The notes: generated by a model not told the origin, from the sequence alone. Counted from the whole stretch's first letter, positions 28,331 to 44,680 are shown. The stretch is DNA of 62,085 nt, filler included, from Platydemus manokwari (GCA_037951405.1; 5 parts of 5 records of this genome joined end to end with filler, not necessarily neighbours in it); one strand, 5' to 3'. Program-made: numbers and translations.

Positions 28331-31300
28331 TCTATATATAATAAATCTTAGTTGTATCTCAACTAAACATTGTTCATTGACATATTTTAAGACAAGAAGC
28401 AAAGATCTCTGAGTGAGTACCTTTCGATTTGTTAGTCACAAATTAGTCAATAAGAAAAGCTATCCAAACCTCAGAAAATCTATAACACCAGTGACGTAGT
28501 GTAATCATTAGAGTGCGTAATCATTAACATTACACAATACATTGTAAAATAAAAAACAAAATAAAATGGAAATAGAAATTACCAAATCTAACATTATCAT
28601 AAAAATAATTATTTAAAATTATCGAAAATAGAATAAAATTGATGATTTTTAAAAATGATCACTATATTTAGTAAAACCCATGGTATCGATCTTCTCTTAT
28701 CAATTTGGGACTCCACGCCTCATCGAGTGTGTTTTTATAAAACGACATGGCCAATTTAACAAAAGTAAATAAAAGAATGTGATATGTCTGATATTGTATT
28801 GATTATTTTTATCTTATCAATTTGATTTATTCTATTATTTATAATCTTTACTTATAATTATTATCACTTATTGTAAACACTAATGCGAGCCGAAAACCTA
28901 TGAAGTCCTGAAATAACATCCAAAACATATAGAAAATTTAATATGAATAGCAGGACTTATTTTCATGTAATAGTACTTTGACTTAGAAATCACCGATTCA
29001 AAAAATGATCAATAGTATTTTCTGCAATACCAACCATACCTGCCCTGGAATCTAGTGATAAGTATTAAGTATTTGATGATAAGTATTAACAATCACTTCA
29101 GGACCTTATCTGTATTGACATACATATAAACCTTTTCTTTATTAAAAAATGTATTTCTAGACAAATAAAAACAATTCCAAAAATCTAATACACTTGTAAC
29201 AATTTAAGCTAGTAACAGTATTAATTATAAAGGGTAAATTCGAGACAATACACCAATTACATGCTGTGGGAATTTTTAAAAAGATTAATTTAAAAAACAT
29301 GATATTAGAAAATTCTGAAGAATTTTAAAATAACTAATTAATAAAAATATGTTTATATTCATATTTATCGAATTTTATATCTAATACTTTTAAAATTATT
29401 AAGATAGATACAGAAATAACTTAAAATTCTTTTTCATTGAATGTTTGAATATTCATAGAAATGTTTATTAATTTTGTTTAATATCTGTGGATTAAAAATA
29501 TATTCTTTTGGATTTAAATCTTATGGAATCTTTAAATGAAAAAGCTAGTCCTAACATTTATGATACTGGCGAAATGAGGAATAAAATCACAGAAATTGAC
29601 ACAACTTGATGTAATAAACTGGTCATGGATAAATGATGTACTATGAAATACACATAAGCCAAATTAACTAATCAAACGTTTCTAAATAAAGGATAACAAG
29701 TTCCAAATAAAACTCAAATACAAAAAAACAATCCCAATACTACTATAAGTCATAATGTAAAAACACTCACGGAAATTGAGACTCAAGTAATCAACATGGT
29801 CACAAACTTTTGGTTATGCATTAACCACTGTTCCTATAGTTCTCCTACTCTTCAGAGTAACAGAAATTGTAGACATAAATTTTGGTTTTCAATGCTCCAT
29901 GCTACACGCATGTAAATTCAAATGAGCATTGAAAGGATTTATATATTCTGTATAAATTATAGATTTTAATATATATATGATGTTAATAGACATAGAAAAC
30001 TGTTGCTTCCACACACATTTACCTGGAATTCCATATATAACTAACAGAAATAAACAATTCCAGTGGGGTAAAATATCAGTATATTAAATGTGTAATCAAA
30101 ATATATAAATAACATTAATAACAAACCAAGTTACTATGATGTGTGAATAAATCAGAAACGTTAGCAGATAATCTGTTGATATTCAGAAAATACATAGTCA
30201 CATTTGTTCACCAATGAGAATGCAAACCATGTGGTAGAGGAAGCATTTGAACTTAAAACTTTCATGCGGGAAACTAAGAGGATAAAAATCAAACAAAACA
30301 AAATAAAGTTTTAATTATAATCATTGGATTTCAAATATAATCGGATCAATAATTTTCAATTGCATTCCTCGATCAACGAAAATTCAATTTTAGAGTACAA
30401 TACTAGTCGCACCAATAATTTTCAACTGAATTGCCAACCTAAATTACGCAACTATTCACAGTTAATGAGAACCCAATCTAACAGAGGAATTCAAATTTTA
30501 TTTTGTGTATACTATAAAATTTTCTAACAATGGTGTCATTAGTTTCCCCAGTATAATTTTTTTTTGAAAAATATCTTAGTTCAACAGTTTTTATATAATA
30601 ATAATTATATAATAATAACATTTGTTTTTATATTAATTTAATTAATCAATTGCCTTGTTCAATGTTTATCATATTTTGATTTATATACACAACCTAATTT
30701 TTGATAAGTCTCAGATTATGAATAAGATTATAACTCAATAATTTTGTTTCTTTTTAATTAAAGGACCTAAATTAATATTATTGACAATTAATTGTAGATA
30801 AATATTCTATATTTAAGCACCAAATTTACGAATGCACATACCATGATAATATAACAAAAGAAACATATGCAATTAGCAATGCTAGGAAAAGGGAAATAAC
30901 AGGACAATTAAAATATAAATATAAAATAATCCTGAAAGTTGAAAAATACTAGTAAACTTCAATAAGCTCAAATCTTATTTAAATTCTTAGCACTAGATTG
31001 TTACTCTTTTTTGTTACTCAATAGAATTTGATAAATTTTACTATGATGAATTTTACAAAGTGGTTTACAAAAGTATCTGATAAATTTTGAAAAAAGAAAT
31101 TCAAAGAATAAATTAATCAAACTTATTACTCTAAGGATACTAAAAAAACCGAAACTATAATTTAAAGCAGTGACCGAAAAACAAGTGCTAAAGAAAACAT
31201 TATTGTTTGAGTTTCATAAGGTAAAGTAAACATTTGTCATATAATTTAAAAGGATCTGTAATAAGTATAAAAATGTCTAAGCGTGAAATATTTATTAATC

Positions 31301-34300
31301 CACTTTATATAAAAATTACTAGCAATTGGAATAATTATTATGTTAATTATCGAAAAGTTGACCGTAAGAATATTTATTATTTCATATCTCTAAGCACAAA
31401 ACAAACGCATTTCTCTACCAAAATTCAACAAGGTCACTGTACCTTTGTCTAGGTCTAGGGCCAATGCTTCCAGGGCTAATATTTCCTTACTGATAATTCT
31501 TCGGAACCCGACACTTACACCAAAGGTAATTTTTAAATCTATTTTTTCTGAGATAATATTTATTATTTATAAAATATCATTATCAAAATTTATGCAACCA
31601 TTTCACTAATTTGTAGACTAAAGATCAAAAAACTGGATGAAAATTGCGCAATTTCAATAATTCAAATAGTGTTACGTGCAACGACACTTACACGGAAACG
31701 CAAATAAACCCGAAGTCAATATCTGAGAAATTCCAGGACAAAATCAAAAAGCGATTACTGCAATATAAAGATTTAAGTGACTTGAAAGCCAACGAGCAAT
31801 TTGAGAAAGCTTTGATGCTACTGGTCAATTCCAAACAATCAAAAAACCAAGAAATCTACGACGATGACAACGAATAACCAAACAAGAGTACCATAAAAGA
31901 GACGATGTCGAGCAAAGCTTTGATACAAATAAAATCCAACACCTAGTGCAGTGCAGAACTCTTATGGGCAAAAATAGTCTTTTAAAATAAATTTTAATAT
32001 TTTCAATGATAGGAAATGTTTTGAAAGATTAAAAATTCAATTATCAAGTTTTGTCAATGAGATGAATAACCAACTTTAAATTAATTAAAACTTTAATTAT
32101 GGGAAATACGTGCATATGAACGCAGAAATAAAACAATAACAAACATCAAAATTATATATTGAGAAAATATAATAAAGACAAATTTTAACCAGAAAAAGCA
32201 TTTCATATAAAAAAATATTATGTAAAACAAAATTTTAATGAAACCAATAAACACAAAAGACAAAAAATTTCTTAGTAAAATAAAGAAAATATATAGAAAA
32301 AAATATTGTCCATAATTGAAATATAAAGAAAACAATGCTGGTAAATTTTAAAGACACTATAATAACAGACTATGACACCAAACAAGAAATAGCTGAGTAT
32401 AACAAAAGTCAAATAAAGACATGCTAAAAAAGTAACATGTCACGAATCTATTCAAACACAAAAAATAATATAAATAGTTACGCATGAATCATTCACCTTG
32501 CACAATAACTAGCATAAATTGGCATTTTAGTTAACTCATTTTTGATAAATTTGACTTCGGTTTATTTTATTTAAGAGTAATTTGAAAACAATACCTTATT
32601 TTCTGATCTTATATTTTATAAGGATTATTTGAATTGATTTCACTAATTTCCTAGATCATGCAATTAAGTACTTATTTCATTTCTTTTTAATTAACATCAT
32701 ATCCACAATCATTGTTATCTCACAATTGTAAAGATTGGGTCCAACCAATTTATGCGACATGACTGATAATCTCCTTCCTTGAACGATAAAACAATGCATT
32801 ACCGATAAACAAATTGTATTTATTAGTTTTATTACATAAATTGTGAATAAAATTTAATATTGCTATTTAGTGTTTACTTATTTATATAATTTCTATCTGG
32901 TTTACTACGCTTTTATTTCTGAAAAGGAGACAGATTGATAGATAATTTTGGAAAGATTTATACTAACTGTATCAATATTTATTGACGCTATTATCTCAGT
33001 TATTAGGCAATAAATTGTTTTTGCTGTTACTCGATTTTTGCGAACATAATTGCGAGGCACACTTTAAATAGAATAAAGTTTAGCAAAATCAGCTAATCAT
33101 CCAATAAAACAAAGAAAATTGCTGTACAAGAACAAAAGTATTACAATATTATAGACAGTTAATTCAATTTAAATTAACTTATTAATTATTGATTATGTAG
33201 AATTAATTTCCATTGTGTTCATGAATATATGCGATTTTTATTGTAAATATTCATATTTGAACCTTATATATTTTGTAGGCTGTTCCAATGGTTTTGATCA
33301 GGATATTTGGTACTTCTTGTCTCACCCCGCAATATAGTAATGTTAAATTGTTTAAGTATTTTATGACATGCAGTTAAATGAAGAAATTGAATGAATGTAA
33401 GATAACTGACACGTTAAACTATCAAGCCGAGCAAAGAATTCCAAATAAAGTAAATATTTTAAAAAATAAGCTGGTAGTAAATTTAAAATATGAAAATTTT
33501 GTAAATCCGTTCAACAATTAGTACAAATATCATCGCCAGATTAATAGAAAATTAATACTTAATGATACACTACACTGAATATTATGAAGCGTACAAACAG
33601 TATAAAACATTTACCAACATTCGGAAAGCGTACCAATATTACGGTTACCCATACATTGATTTTTTAAATAATATTTATCAAGAAATAAGACTGTCTCATA
33701 AATGACTTTTTCATATTCTTCGGCGGTATTTGAATATTGAATACACTCGATCCATTCGCAAATTTTATTTTTACAAATAAAAGTATAGCACTGAAACTCT
33801 TGATTTATGGATTCGTCAGTAGTATTTAAGTTACAATTACTTAAAGGTTATCATCGACAAGCAGAATGTATATATTATTAAAATATCAAAATCAAAGATA
33901 AATCTCGTAATTTCAACGTAATATTATTATTATTTTAACCTGTAGTCCCGTATTAAGTAACCTTTTGGCGCACACTATCATCCCATTGTCTTTAAATTCA
34001 AAGTCATATTCTATGATTTTTATAAATCATTTTCTTTTCGGACGACAGATATTGGGTAATGTTCGCTGGTTCATAAAATAATCCATAAGCGTTTAATAAT
34101 AGACATAATTATTAATCTACTAAAATTTCCAAGCAGGCATTGATATAACAGATATTTCTAATGTCGTAGTTATATTCGAGTATAAAAATTACAATCATCA
34201 TACAACAATTATGGAGTAAAAATTTAAAACTAGTTCAGGACTATGTGGGAATATAATTTCTGACTTAGTCTTCAAACTATACACATAAGCCCAGTGGGCA

Positions 34301-37300
34301 TGAAAGATCAAATAAACATAAAATTCTGTATTAATAATTTAAAATGTTTCTTTACTTGAAATCGTAGCTATTCAAAAAATAACAGAAGAAACGATTTATT
34401 AGAAAGCTGATAAAAACTTAAAATCATTTATTTAGTATAATTTCGAAATTTGGATTGATACTGATGTTGAAACAGAATAAGTTTTTGAATTTTTTAAATT
34501 CTAATCTGTAAGTCAGAAGACTTGTGGTAGAGCCTTCAACTCAGGTTACCATATTATACAGCCTCATCTAAAAATATTGTAACAGGGCAAACAATATGAA
34601 AAAGAGTATTGAAAGTATTAAAAAAACATAAAGAGAATATCAATTAAAATTTCACTAGAAAAAGTGAATAATGTAAAAATCCACATACAATTATTTAGAC
34701 TAAAAAACCAAAGGGTTTATAATAAATATGTAACAATCACCGCAATTTGTTAGAGTGCAAACAGTAGTTAAAAGACATTAAAACAAAATCCAAGGACCAC
34801 ACCTGCAAATCAAATAACTATCTCATCACGTAACACTGAAAAGAGACAAATGGAATGTAGATTAAACTTATACAAAAATATCTTACAAAAAAGGTGGGAT
34901 CAGGGAAAAGTCAACATGGATGTGACCGAAACTGAATAAAGAATCAAACATTTGACTTTTGTAAATATTCTCTTTAGTAAATGGTTTTTATCTTTATGAT
35001 CAATGAGTATTATTTAATAAACAAATTAGTACATGATTCAATATCTTTGAAATCTTTTGGTAATAAATATTTGCGTTTTCTGTTCAATTTTTGTAATCGA
35101 TATGTAAATAACTTTGGAAGTTGTGTATAACTTGCATTTGATTGATTGTGTAATTATATCAAAAATTTTTAAGGTTCAATTTTTATTCGTAATAAAGACC
35201 ATGTAGTTACATGAAAATACCGATAATAATAAAGCATGTAGAAAAAACTATAATAAAATACCAATACTTAAATAGTTGTACTAAAACCACATTAAAATAA
35301 TATAGCGAAAAATTATCAAGTACAAACTTGAATTTTAACAATTTTTTATCTTACGTTGAGATTGCGAGAGACATCTCATTAACTTAAGTATGAACAATGA
35401 TAATTGATAATTAAACTCTTTGTGTTGACAGTGAATTACAATGTAACACTTTTATTGATTATTTTATGTATTAGATGTATATTTAAAAAAAAATATATTT
35501 GATGTATTTCAATAAAATTGTAATATTTTAACAGCAATCTAGAATTAATATAAAACCAAACCCATGTAGTGATAGTGACCCATTATCACAAAAAAATCAC
35601 TAGCAGAATATTTTTCGACAATCATATTCAATTTAAATTGTCTACGAACTTAAATTACTGTGCGAAATTATGAAATATATACCCTTGAAGTCAACCAATT
35701 TCCGTGAATTATGAGTCGAGCACTATATTTGAAAAATAAATAATCATTTTATTTTTAAAACCTTTTTAACATCATATTTTCAAGTTTCAATACTACGAAG
35801 GAGCAAGTGATCGAAATCTCTTTCAAATTTAGACTCAAAAATTTCCGAATTTTTCAATAGAAAATATATCAATATTGTTGTTTTTATTATTCGAATATTT
35901 TAATCTAATTTTTGCTACCATTTGACTTCGCTGTTTTATGGTATTGTTAATTTTGGTAATTGTAAAAATCAATGATATTGTAATTTGAAAAGATAAGCAA
36001 AGTATTTTGAACAAATTTAAAATATAATAAGCATTATTACACTACGTTTATCTTATCTCCATATAAGCTTGAATGATCAAGGTGAACGAAGTTTATTATT
36101 TATTTTATATTACGACCTAGTAGTCGATCAGAACTCAACAACACTGATTCAATATGCATAGGAAAATACAAACGGATAGCAAAAATATAAACAATATCAT
36201 TATAAAACCAACGAACACGAAATAACATGTATTACAATTATAATATAATGTATTATGATATATAATATAATAAAATCTGTAGTAATAAAAACTAACATAA
36301 TCAGATTTTAATGTGCGTTAATTTTAGATTGGAAATGTATAGAATTATTTGTTAATGTAATCATATTCAAAATTCAAGAATTATTAATAATTGCATGAAA
36401 ATAAATAATCAAAAATAACAAGAACATCAAAACCAGGAAAAGATAAATAATTATTAAATCGATTATTCATTGAATTATAGTGAAATAATTATAAGTAAAT
36501 AAAAATTTACAAAGCAGTGAATTTTCTAGTGGCGAAATACATTTTAAAATCTATAATACATTACATCTATATAAACACAAAGGAGGTGCACTACCTGAGC
36601 CTTACCTTGTTGACTAAATTTTTAACGTGTCTGATTAAGAAAAATTCTCGTATTAGAGTGATTGCAGCAAATTGTTTGCTTGTGTCTTTATTAGAATGTC
36701 TAATACAACCACATTGTTAATAGTAATATAGTTATACATTTTGATATATTATTTGAACATTTGAATTTGAAAGAATCACGTATTCAAAGGTTAATAATTG
36801 TGAAACTCATTATTTATTCATTAAGCAAGCAAGCAAATTTTATTTTGTTTTGATAGACAAGTCTATTTTGAAAATTTTGCATTTCCCTATTTAATAAATA
36901 CAACTACTCTAAAGTCTTTTTGACTAGATGATACATGACATCATTAGCATAACACTTTGAATTTTTCATCTTAGGAAATAATATTTCAACATCATTTGTA
37001 AAATCCTATTTCGAGTTAAGCAAAATTAGATATATTTCTATTAAATATATTTTCAACGGAATTTAACTTGGTGTTTTATGTTAGAAATTGTATCTTAATA
37101 TTTTATAACTACAAAATTGCAGTCAAAACCTAACATTTAAGTTAACCCACTTCAAAAATAATTTTTTTTATCAATCTCTTCTTAAAAAATTTAACATTGC
37201 GTGGAAATCAGGAATGTTCTGCAATGTACCTATAAGAAAGATTGTATGCTGGTAAAATATCCTGAGTTCGATTGAAACTAAAGAATGTTTAGAAATACAA

Positions 37301-40300
37301 TGAAAATGATTATAAAAGATTCATATTTTGGCAAAACAAAGTCACATGACATTACATCAACAGTAGCAACTTAAGTCCTTGAACAAATAAAATTAAATTT
37401 ATGGTAATAAAAATGCAAATAGAGAATTAAAGAAATTAATAGGAAATTATTTAGCAAATGTGCTGCTCAACACAGCATAACCCAATACGTCCAAATTAAC
37501 ATAACTCCAAACGATTTCTACGGACAACGGGGAGCACTTACATCGTCAAATATATTTGTAACATGTGTTTGCTTTTGGATGTCTTAATTTAATTTGCCGT
37601 TTTAATTTTCCGATTATGATTAAGTTGATTTTGTTCACCGGGATTGATAAATCCTCACGTATGTGTTGTTGTGAATTTACGCCCTTTCTATCAAATTGAA
37701 ATCTTCGATTATAATTATAAAAAACAATTCCCTTTATAAAAATAAAAATTTAACCAATCATAATTAAGGCACTATTTATATTTTTTCTAATAAGATTGAT
37801 CAATTAATTAAGTTCATTTTCATTCCGTGCTTTATAAAATAGTAGTGGCTTACAATGATAATAATAACAATAATAATAATAATTGTAATATTAAAATTTT
37901 ACTGATACTTGGTAGTTGCCCCCGTTTCATTAAATACGAATTTGAAACGAATCCAAGGAAATCAACTCAAAAATATTTTTTATTCTAGTATTTAAAACAA
38001 AACTTTTAAAGATATTGTGAGGTTTTGAGTTTTTTTCTAATACGAACATACTTCTTGATTAAATTGATTATTACAAAACCACTTGCTTCGACTCTTTAAG
38101 CTTCACAAATCACTTTATTCAAAATCTTCTATTTTTTCACAGTCCATATGATCGAATCTACAATTTCAAAATTCTCTACATTGATTTCGCTATATTTATT
38201 CCAAACATTTATTCTGGCAAAAAACAGCTAATCTAATAAGACTACTTTAACCCAAAATATCTTGACGAAAATTAATATCACTGCTTAATACATTTGCTCC
38301 AATCCATTCTCTCGATGTAGTAAGTGATTGTTGCAAATCATTCGTTATTTTTCACGGGTGTTTGTTTTCGAAATTCGATCCATTTTATACTTTTATGCTC
38401 TTAACTCTCTTAGGATCAAATCCAATATGTTTTTGTTGCTGTGATATCTGCTTTGATTTCATTAAATATAATCGAAAACCAATGTGAGAATTTCCACCTC
38501 AAAATATATTTTATCACAATATTTAAAGATATTTTTATCATTTAGAAATGTAAAATTAAATATTTTGTCTTTAATTTGATAATTTATATGTTACTTGATA
38601 GGGAATACAATTTATGATAATCACTTCATTGAAATACTGGATAACAATAGTTAAACATAAGTGTATATGATGTTGGGTCTTGAGTCTGAATAACTAAATA
38701 ATTACTGACTCAAAAAATCGAAAGTTGTTAGTTTTATTTCTAATTCTCGCGAATGAGACTCAGAAAATAGCACAAAATTACAGCTAAAACTTGTTTTCCA
38801 ACTACACACATATTATTCAGTACAACTGACAAATTTCGGCTTCCAACTGGCAGTGAGTCTCACAGTTGAGTCTCATATTTGATTAGATCTTTTGTTTTAT
38901 ATGTTTCTACCGGGCTTATTAATTTTTTGTAACCGAGGGATTGGCCAATCTCCATGTGTGTGTTATTATTGTTTTTCATCTACCCCAACTATGATTGGTT
39001 GATGGTAATCTCTATATTATTTTGTAGGCATGCAAATTTTTGAAGTGCTAAAACCAAATTTCAAAGGTGCAAATTCGCTTGTCTTTTGCAAGATTTCGTT
39101 TCACTCAACAATAATATTGGCAGATAAATTAAACATTTCTTATCATCAAACTCAGATACTAACGAGTTTGAATACCTTTTGTTAGTCATTAATTTATCAA
39201 TATCTTCCAAAGGAAAATCAACACAAAAATGTATCTTATGAGAATTTTTAAACAAATTAATTAAAATTTATTTTAATTTATTGACATTATTTTCAATGAT
39301 CATTTAAAAAAATTATTTATCAGAACTTCAAAATCTTCAAATCTTTGATGTACAATTTCATACTGAATTGCAATGTATGTCATCAATCAATCATTGATAT
39401 AAATATTTCATAGAAGCCATTCTTGAATGTCAGAATAGCTCGATTATTATATTCATTGATAATTGATATCAATGAGTTAGGTGTGATTAACCGTGATGAG
39501 AATAATTAAAAGAATCCCTTTCAAGGCTACCTAATTACGTTGATGGGTATCATTTTGGAACCAGATTAGAATTTGAAACAGATTTCTTTCTTGGTGTAAA
39601 TATCAGATTCTACTCTAATGGTTTGGAATTATATTACTTTTAAATCAACAAGACAAACCTCAAAGTATAATCACACAAAATGATAAGGAATAAATAAATA
39701 ATAAATAGTAAGATGATAGAGAATATATAAATGTATATAAGGAGAATATGAAGAAGTTGTTCAGAGAAATTTCGATAAGAAATTTCGAAAATAATTAATG
39801 AATTCGATAACGAGAAGTGTGACGGAGATCAAAGATTTTAAAGAAATTTTGTGTAAGAATTCCGAATCCAAGTTATGTGAAATGAACATTTTCAAGGGAA
39901 ATAAAACTTCTATTAAAAAAATATCAATGATGGTGAGCTAGATAATTCGTTTTCAAATCATTTTCAATCGATAAAGTCACAAATTCAACACAACCTCTAT
40001 AGTTTGGATCTCAAGTATAAAATAGTGACGGACTGAAATAATTCCGATATATATCTAGGACTTGTGATGGAGATGGTTATAAGAAAGAGCATCTCATTAG
40101 CAATAGTTCCACATAAATGGAAAAAACCATTTCTTCTGCAGCAACAAATGACCAGAACGAGAAATAGCTTATGAGACCCGATTTGAAAAGATAAACAAAT
40201 CAAAAATCGCTTTCATTTTATATCGATATTTTCTTGTATTTAATCACAGATAGAATTCCACATAAGACAAAAATGCATTTCTCCAATATTATCTATTTCT

Positions 40301-41654
40301 CTCTCTCTCTCTCATTAAAAGAAACTCATTAATATAAAAGGACGACTAGACAGACATATTGAACATAAATTAGAGTAATGTAACAATTAAAAAACACATT
40401 ATTGCGCCATTTTTTTCTTTTGTTGGAAGGAGAGAATGTTGAATGACTGATGTTCGAATAGAGAAAAATTGCTTTCATTATTAAGGATATTTATTTTGAG
40501 CTTTCGACTTTTTTTTAGCCCATTTAAATAATTTTACAAATTTTCACCGGCATTACAGCTATTGCAGTGAAAGAAAAGACCCGAAAAAAAATCTTGCCTT
40601 CAATTTTTGTTGATTTGATTTGGATTAAAGTTATAAGCATTGCTCAACGATGTGAATCGAAAAGAGAAATTATGATATCAAATATTCTTTATTTCCTTCG
40701 AAAGATCTTTATTGTAACTTGATATTGGTCATTGATACCATTATAAGTGTACTGTCATCGATTTTTCTCAATGAAGTTGGTGAATTTATTATTGATTACA
40801 TCACATGAATGTGTGATATAATCGAACTATATTTTGGATATAAAAACCAAAAGATCGCTATAGTTACTATTAGTTAATTTTCGTAATAATTTTATGAATT
40901 GATTTTATAATTAAAAAAAAACAGAAGAGATGGAGAATGCTGCACCGGAAAATATTATTATTCGTAATAAATCCATACGTAATCAGCTTTTTTGTATTAT
41001 AATCTGATATTTGCTTTATGCGATAGACATTTAATATCAAAAGAAATCTTTTATTCATTCACAGGGATCTGAATTTGATGAAACCTTGTATTTGCATAGA
41101 AATTTGATCAATATTAAAAATATAATAATTTATTGTTATTNNNNNNNNNNNNNNNNNNNNNNNNNNNNNNNNNNNNNNNNNNNNTTAATTAATTAANNNN
41201 NNNNNNNNNNNNNNNNNNNNNNNNNNNNNNNNNNNNNNNNTTATTTTTATAATATTTTTATTGTATTACTTTATTTTTCATTATTGTCTTGGTCACTATT
41301 GTTTATTTTCTCATTTTCTATTATGTATTTTTTAATTTTACATTTATTACTTTAAAATTGACTTTTATTATTGTGCTTATCACAATGTTAAATTTTTATT
41401 GTTAATAATATTATTTCATTGTCTATCATTGCATTGTTTATGCGTGTCTTATTATTTAATGTTTTCTTGTTCCATTTCTTTATATTCTCATTATCGTTCT
41501 TTTTATTATTTCCTTAGTATTAAGACTGTAAGCCGCTCTTTTTTATAAAGCACGCATTAAAAGCGAATTGAAAAGACACGACACCAAATTATGTATTTAA
41601 ATGTGTTAAATTTGAATTAAATATTTGGGACTACTCTAGATTAACTGCTCGACT

Positions 41655-41993
41655 CTACTTATATCTATCAATATCCAAATTAATTCCAGTGCGCAGAGTA
41701 AAAATGAGACTTCCGTTTAAAATACTATTACATGTTAGATTACATTCAGTCAACAAATGTCTAGGTCTTTGAACTTTACTGAAAATACTAGTTAAGAGTT
41801 TCCTTCCGGCTATTATCTTAACATATTTATATACGGTAACGTTAGCTCTGATTCTCTTCAATTGTTATAGTTGCAAAGTGCTACCGATAATACTATAGAC
41901 ATATTTCATCGTCCATATTTCCGGACTGTGGCATCTACTTTCCCATAATTCCTTCATAAATTGCTTTGATGTCATTGCCTGGGTGAACGCCAT
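41655..41993 (-). pseudogene. Unknown ORF remnant (MAFTQAMTSKQFMKELWESRCH...*QLKRIRANV...)
   Basis: ATG at 41993 is in frame with the 68-aa ORF across a single TAA (41865-41867). It lies about 220 nt downstream of the PBS-like motif at 42201-42219. Confidence 0.35.
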
Positions 41994-42200
41994 TTTCTTC
42001 CATTATTTTCTTAACTACCTGGGCTCCTTAGATATCGCGAATTTCCATTATTTCTTCCATAAAAATAGACAACGCATTTAACTTCTATTTTAAGTCATAC
42101 CCGACTGTTGGATTAGTAGATGATATTGATTCTTAGGTTGAGTAATTTTTATTGTCCCAACGTATGCGTGTTTTAATAGTAAATTTTATATTTATGATAT

Positions 42201-42219
42201 ATCGACACCTGACTCCAAA
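42201..42219 (-). promoter_or_regulatory. PBS-like motif TTTGGAGTCAGGTGTCGAT
   Basis: Begins TGG a few nt after ...TGCA and resembles the tRNA-Leu PBS (TGGTGTCAGRAGTGGGAT) used by many gypsy elements. The core recurs at 45377-45387 and 13918-13930. Confidence 0.35.
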
Positions 42220-43579
42220 GGTGCAGTGCATAACTACGACAATAAGGAATAATAAATTATAATAATAACAAATTTAATATATAAAATTTATTAATGGTAT
42301 ATAACATATACACTTGATTAACATAATGAGATGCCGATTAAAGTAACAAATTGAATAACAAATAACCAGGCACTAGATGGGGTTTGTTGGCGCTTAATTA
42401 TTAAATTTTACTGGCTCTATGCAGATAGAGTGTAAATAAATATTCTGGTCTCTTATGGGTAAACCTGTAAGAATCCTTCTTTAAGATTTTTTGGAGGGTA
42501 GGCCTACTTGGCACCGTACCCCCTTTGTGATGAATTTATTTGTTTAGTGAAAGTAATTTCTAGTTGAACTGGGTTCAAACTAGAATTTTTATGTTATTGC
42601 TACTAATTGATTATTCGGTTTAAGTTATCTTTACTCTTTTCCCAAATGATGATGGATCAAATTTTACCAGAACAACAAGGTTTGTTGTTAGGTTTCAATG
42701 GTTAATTATTAATATTTTGGTTAGAATTAAATAGACAGTTACAATAATAACGATAAGAATTACCAAGAAATCAATCTTATGATGTCTTAACAATACAAAT
42801 GAGGTGCAAAGTATTATGACTCAAATTTATGATTATTAAAGATGAAAATATATCAAATTTACAATATTTTTAGAGGTGAAATAAAGAACTCTTACGTTTC
42901 CAGATAGAATAACTGAATTAAGGCAAAAATCGTATACCACAAAGATTATTCGAATTTCTGTTATAGATTTCTCTTGTCCTTTCTTGTGAACTCTTCTAGT
43001 TTATAACTCCTTTTTAATGTTAATTTGTCCGCGGGGTTCTTGCGGAATTTTGCTAATAAATGAGCACTACAAGTGAATAAATTAACTCTTAATTCCGTAC
43101 GAGTAAACTGATAACCGAGAGAAAAATGCAAATGAATTGACTAGAATAAATTAGCTCGTAAGTCCGCAAGAGTGAACTCATTTGCGTTGATAAAGAATTA
43201 TCTTGTAATAAATTGACTCGTTATTAATTCATCTGCGTCCTGTGATTTTTCTTTAGCCTTTTTATATTAATCTTATTTCTTTTCTCTTTTATTTTTAGTT
43301 TTTATTCTTACTATCTTTTGTTCTTACTATCAATTCTTCTTTTACTATTTTTAGACTTGTTTCTATCTTTTCATTTATTTGCAGCTGTTCTTTTATTTAT
43401 TAGGATTTAAGTATTTATTATTAGTTATTTTAATTCCTTTGTTTAGTTTTAGAAAATTGAAAATTTTGGATGGTTTTTGACTAATTTATGTTTTTTTTGA
43501 ACTAATTAATTTTATTGTTATTATTACAATATTGATTAATTGATTAATTTATATTGTTTCAATATTCCTTTTGTTGTTT

Positions 43580-44680
43580 TTTAATTAATTATTTTAATTG
43601 TATAATATTGTTTTCCCAATACGACTATAATTTTTCTGTAAGAAAGCTTGACAATCTTTTGGCTTATTTCTTCCGAATCGACTGCTCAACACAGTTCATA
43701 TTCCTCAAGGGTAGTTTTGTTAGACTTATAATGTCTAATTTCCCCCTGGATCAGGACTTTTGTTCAATCGAAATTTTTGCGCGATAGTCTCTCACACTTA
43801 TCCATATGGGGTAATTTTTATTATTATCATCCAATGCCAGTTTAACGCCTTGATATAAAATAAAGAATTGCTCCTCATATCTATTGATATCGTTGGGTTT
43901 GTGAATGAAGGACATGTTATTTTCTGGCTCACTGAAAGGTATCTTAATTGGGCTATCGGTGACGTATAGATTGGGTATTATAAATTCAACTGGATCGGGC
44001 TGATCGGGTTCAATGAATTCCAACATTAATGTATATGGAATATTTTTTGCTCGAATATTAATTTTTTCATACTGGGTCTGATGTTTTGGGTATCTTTGGA
44101 GTAAAAAATAGATGATTGCCGATGAAAGGCTTCTAAATCAATTTTTTCAAAATGGAATTTAACGCTGATCTCTGTCTGTGCGTTGTGAATTATGATCGAT
44201 GTGGGTACGAAAGGTAAATTCGTGATAACACTCTTGATGTTAAAATTTCCTTGTTCTTGTGAGTGAAGTATCACTATGGCTCTTAACTGTGATGCTGATT
44301 TGAGGTAATTTTGAAGTTGGTTGACCGAATCAAAATGTTTTCTGTCTATTCCGAAGGGTGCTTTTCTTACTTCTGATTGAATGTTTTTATAACATTTTCT
44401 TGGGAAATATTGTATGATGGTGGTAGTGCCTTCCATATCTTTTATAGGGTAATTAATAAATGAGAAAAATAACAAGTACTTATCGACAGTAATTGATTGA
44501 TAGCTTTTGTCACAATAAAATGAATTTTAAAGGGTTGGTACCCGCTTTTATATGTTTTAAGTTCTATGATCCTATTGGTCAGTATTTTATGGGCTTTATT
44601 CTTATTGGTTAAAGATTTTTTCAATGATTTTCTTATTGGTTCACTTATTTTTTTCCAATGTTTTTTTTGAGAAATATTTA
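43580..44680 (-). pseudogene. Accessory ORF of unknown function, probably one gene of about 350 codons broken by frameshifts (track ORFs 44442-44624, 44026-44475, 43751-44026)
   Basis: The three ORFs overlap or abut. The 44026 junction can be bridged by a 1-nt indel in an A run. Protein-like sequence continues in another frame to about 43580. Confidence 0.5.

Noticed and set aside
32093-32335. Hydrophobic F/I/L-rich ORFs (also 11236, 14731, 59579)
   Set aside because: Expected products of A/T-skewed low-complexity DNA.
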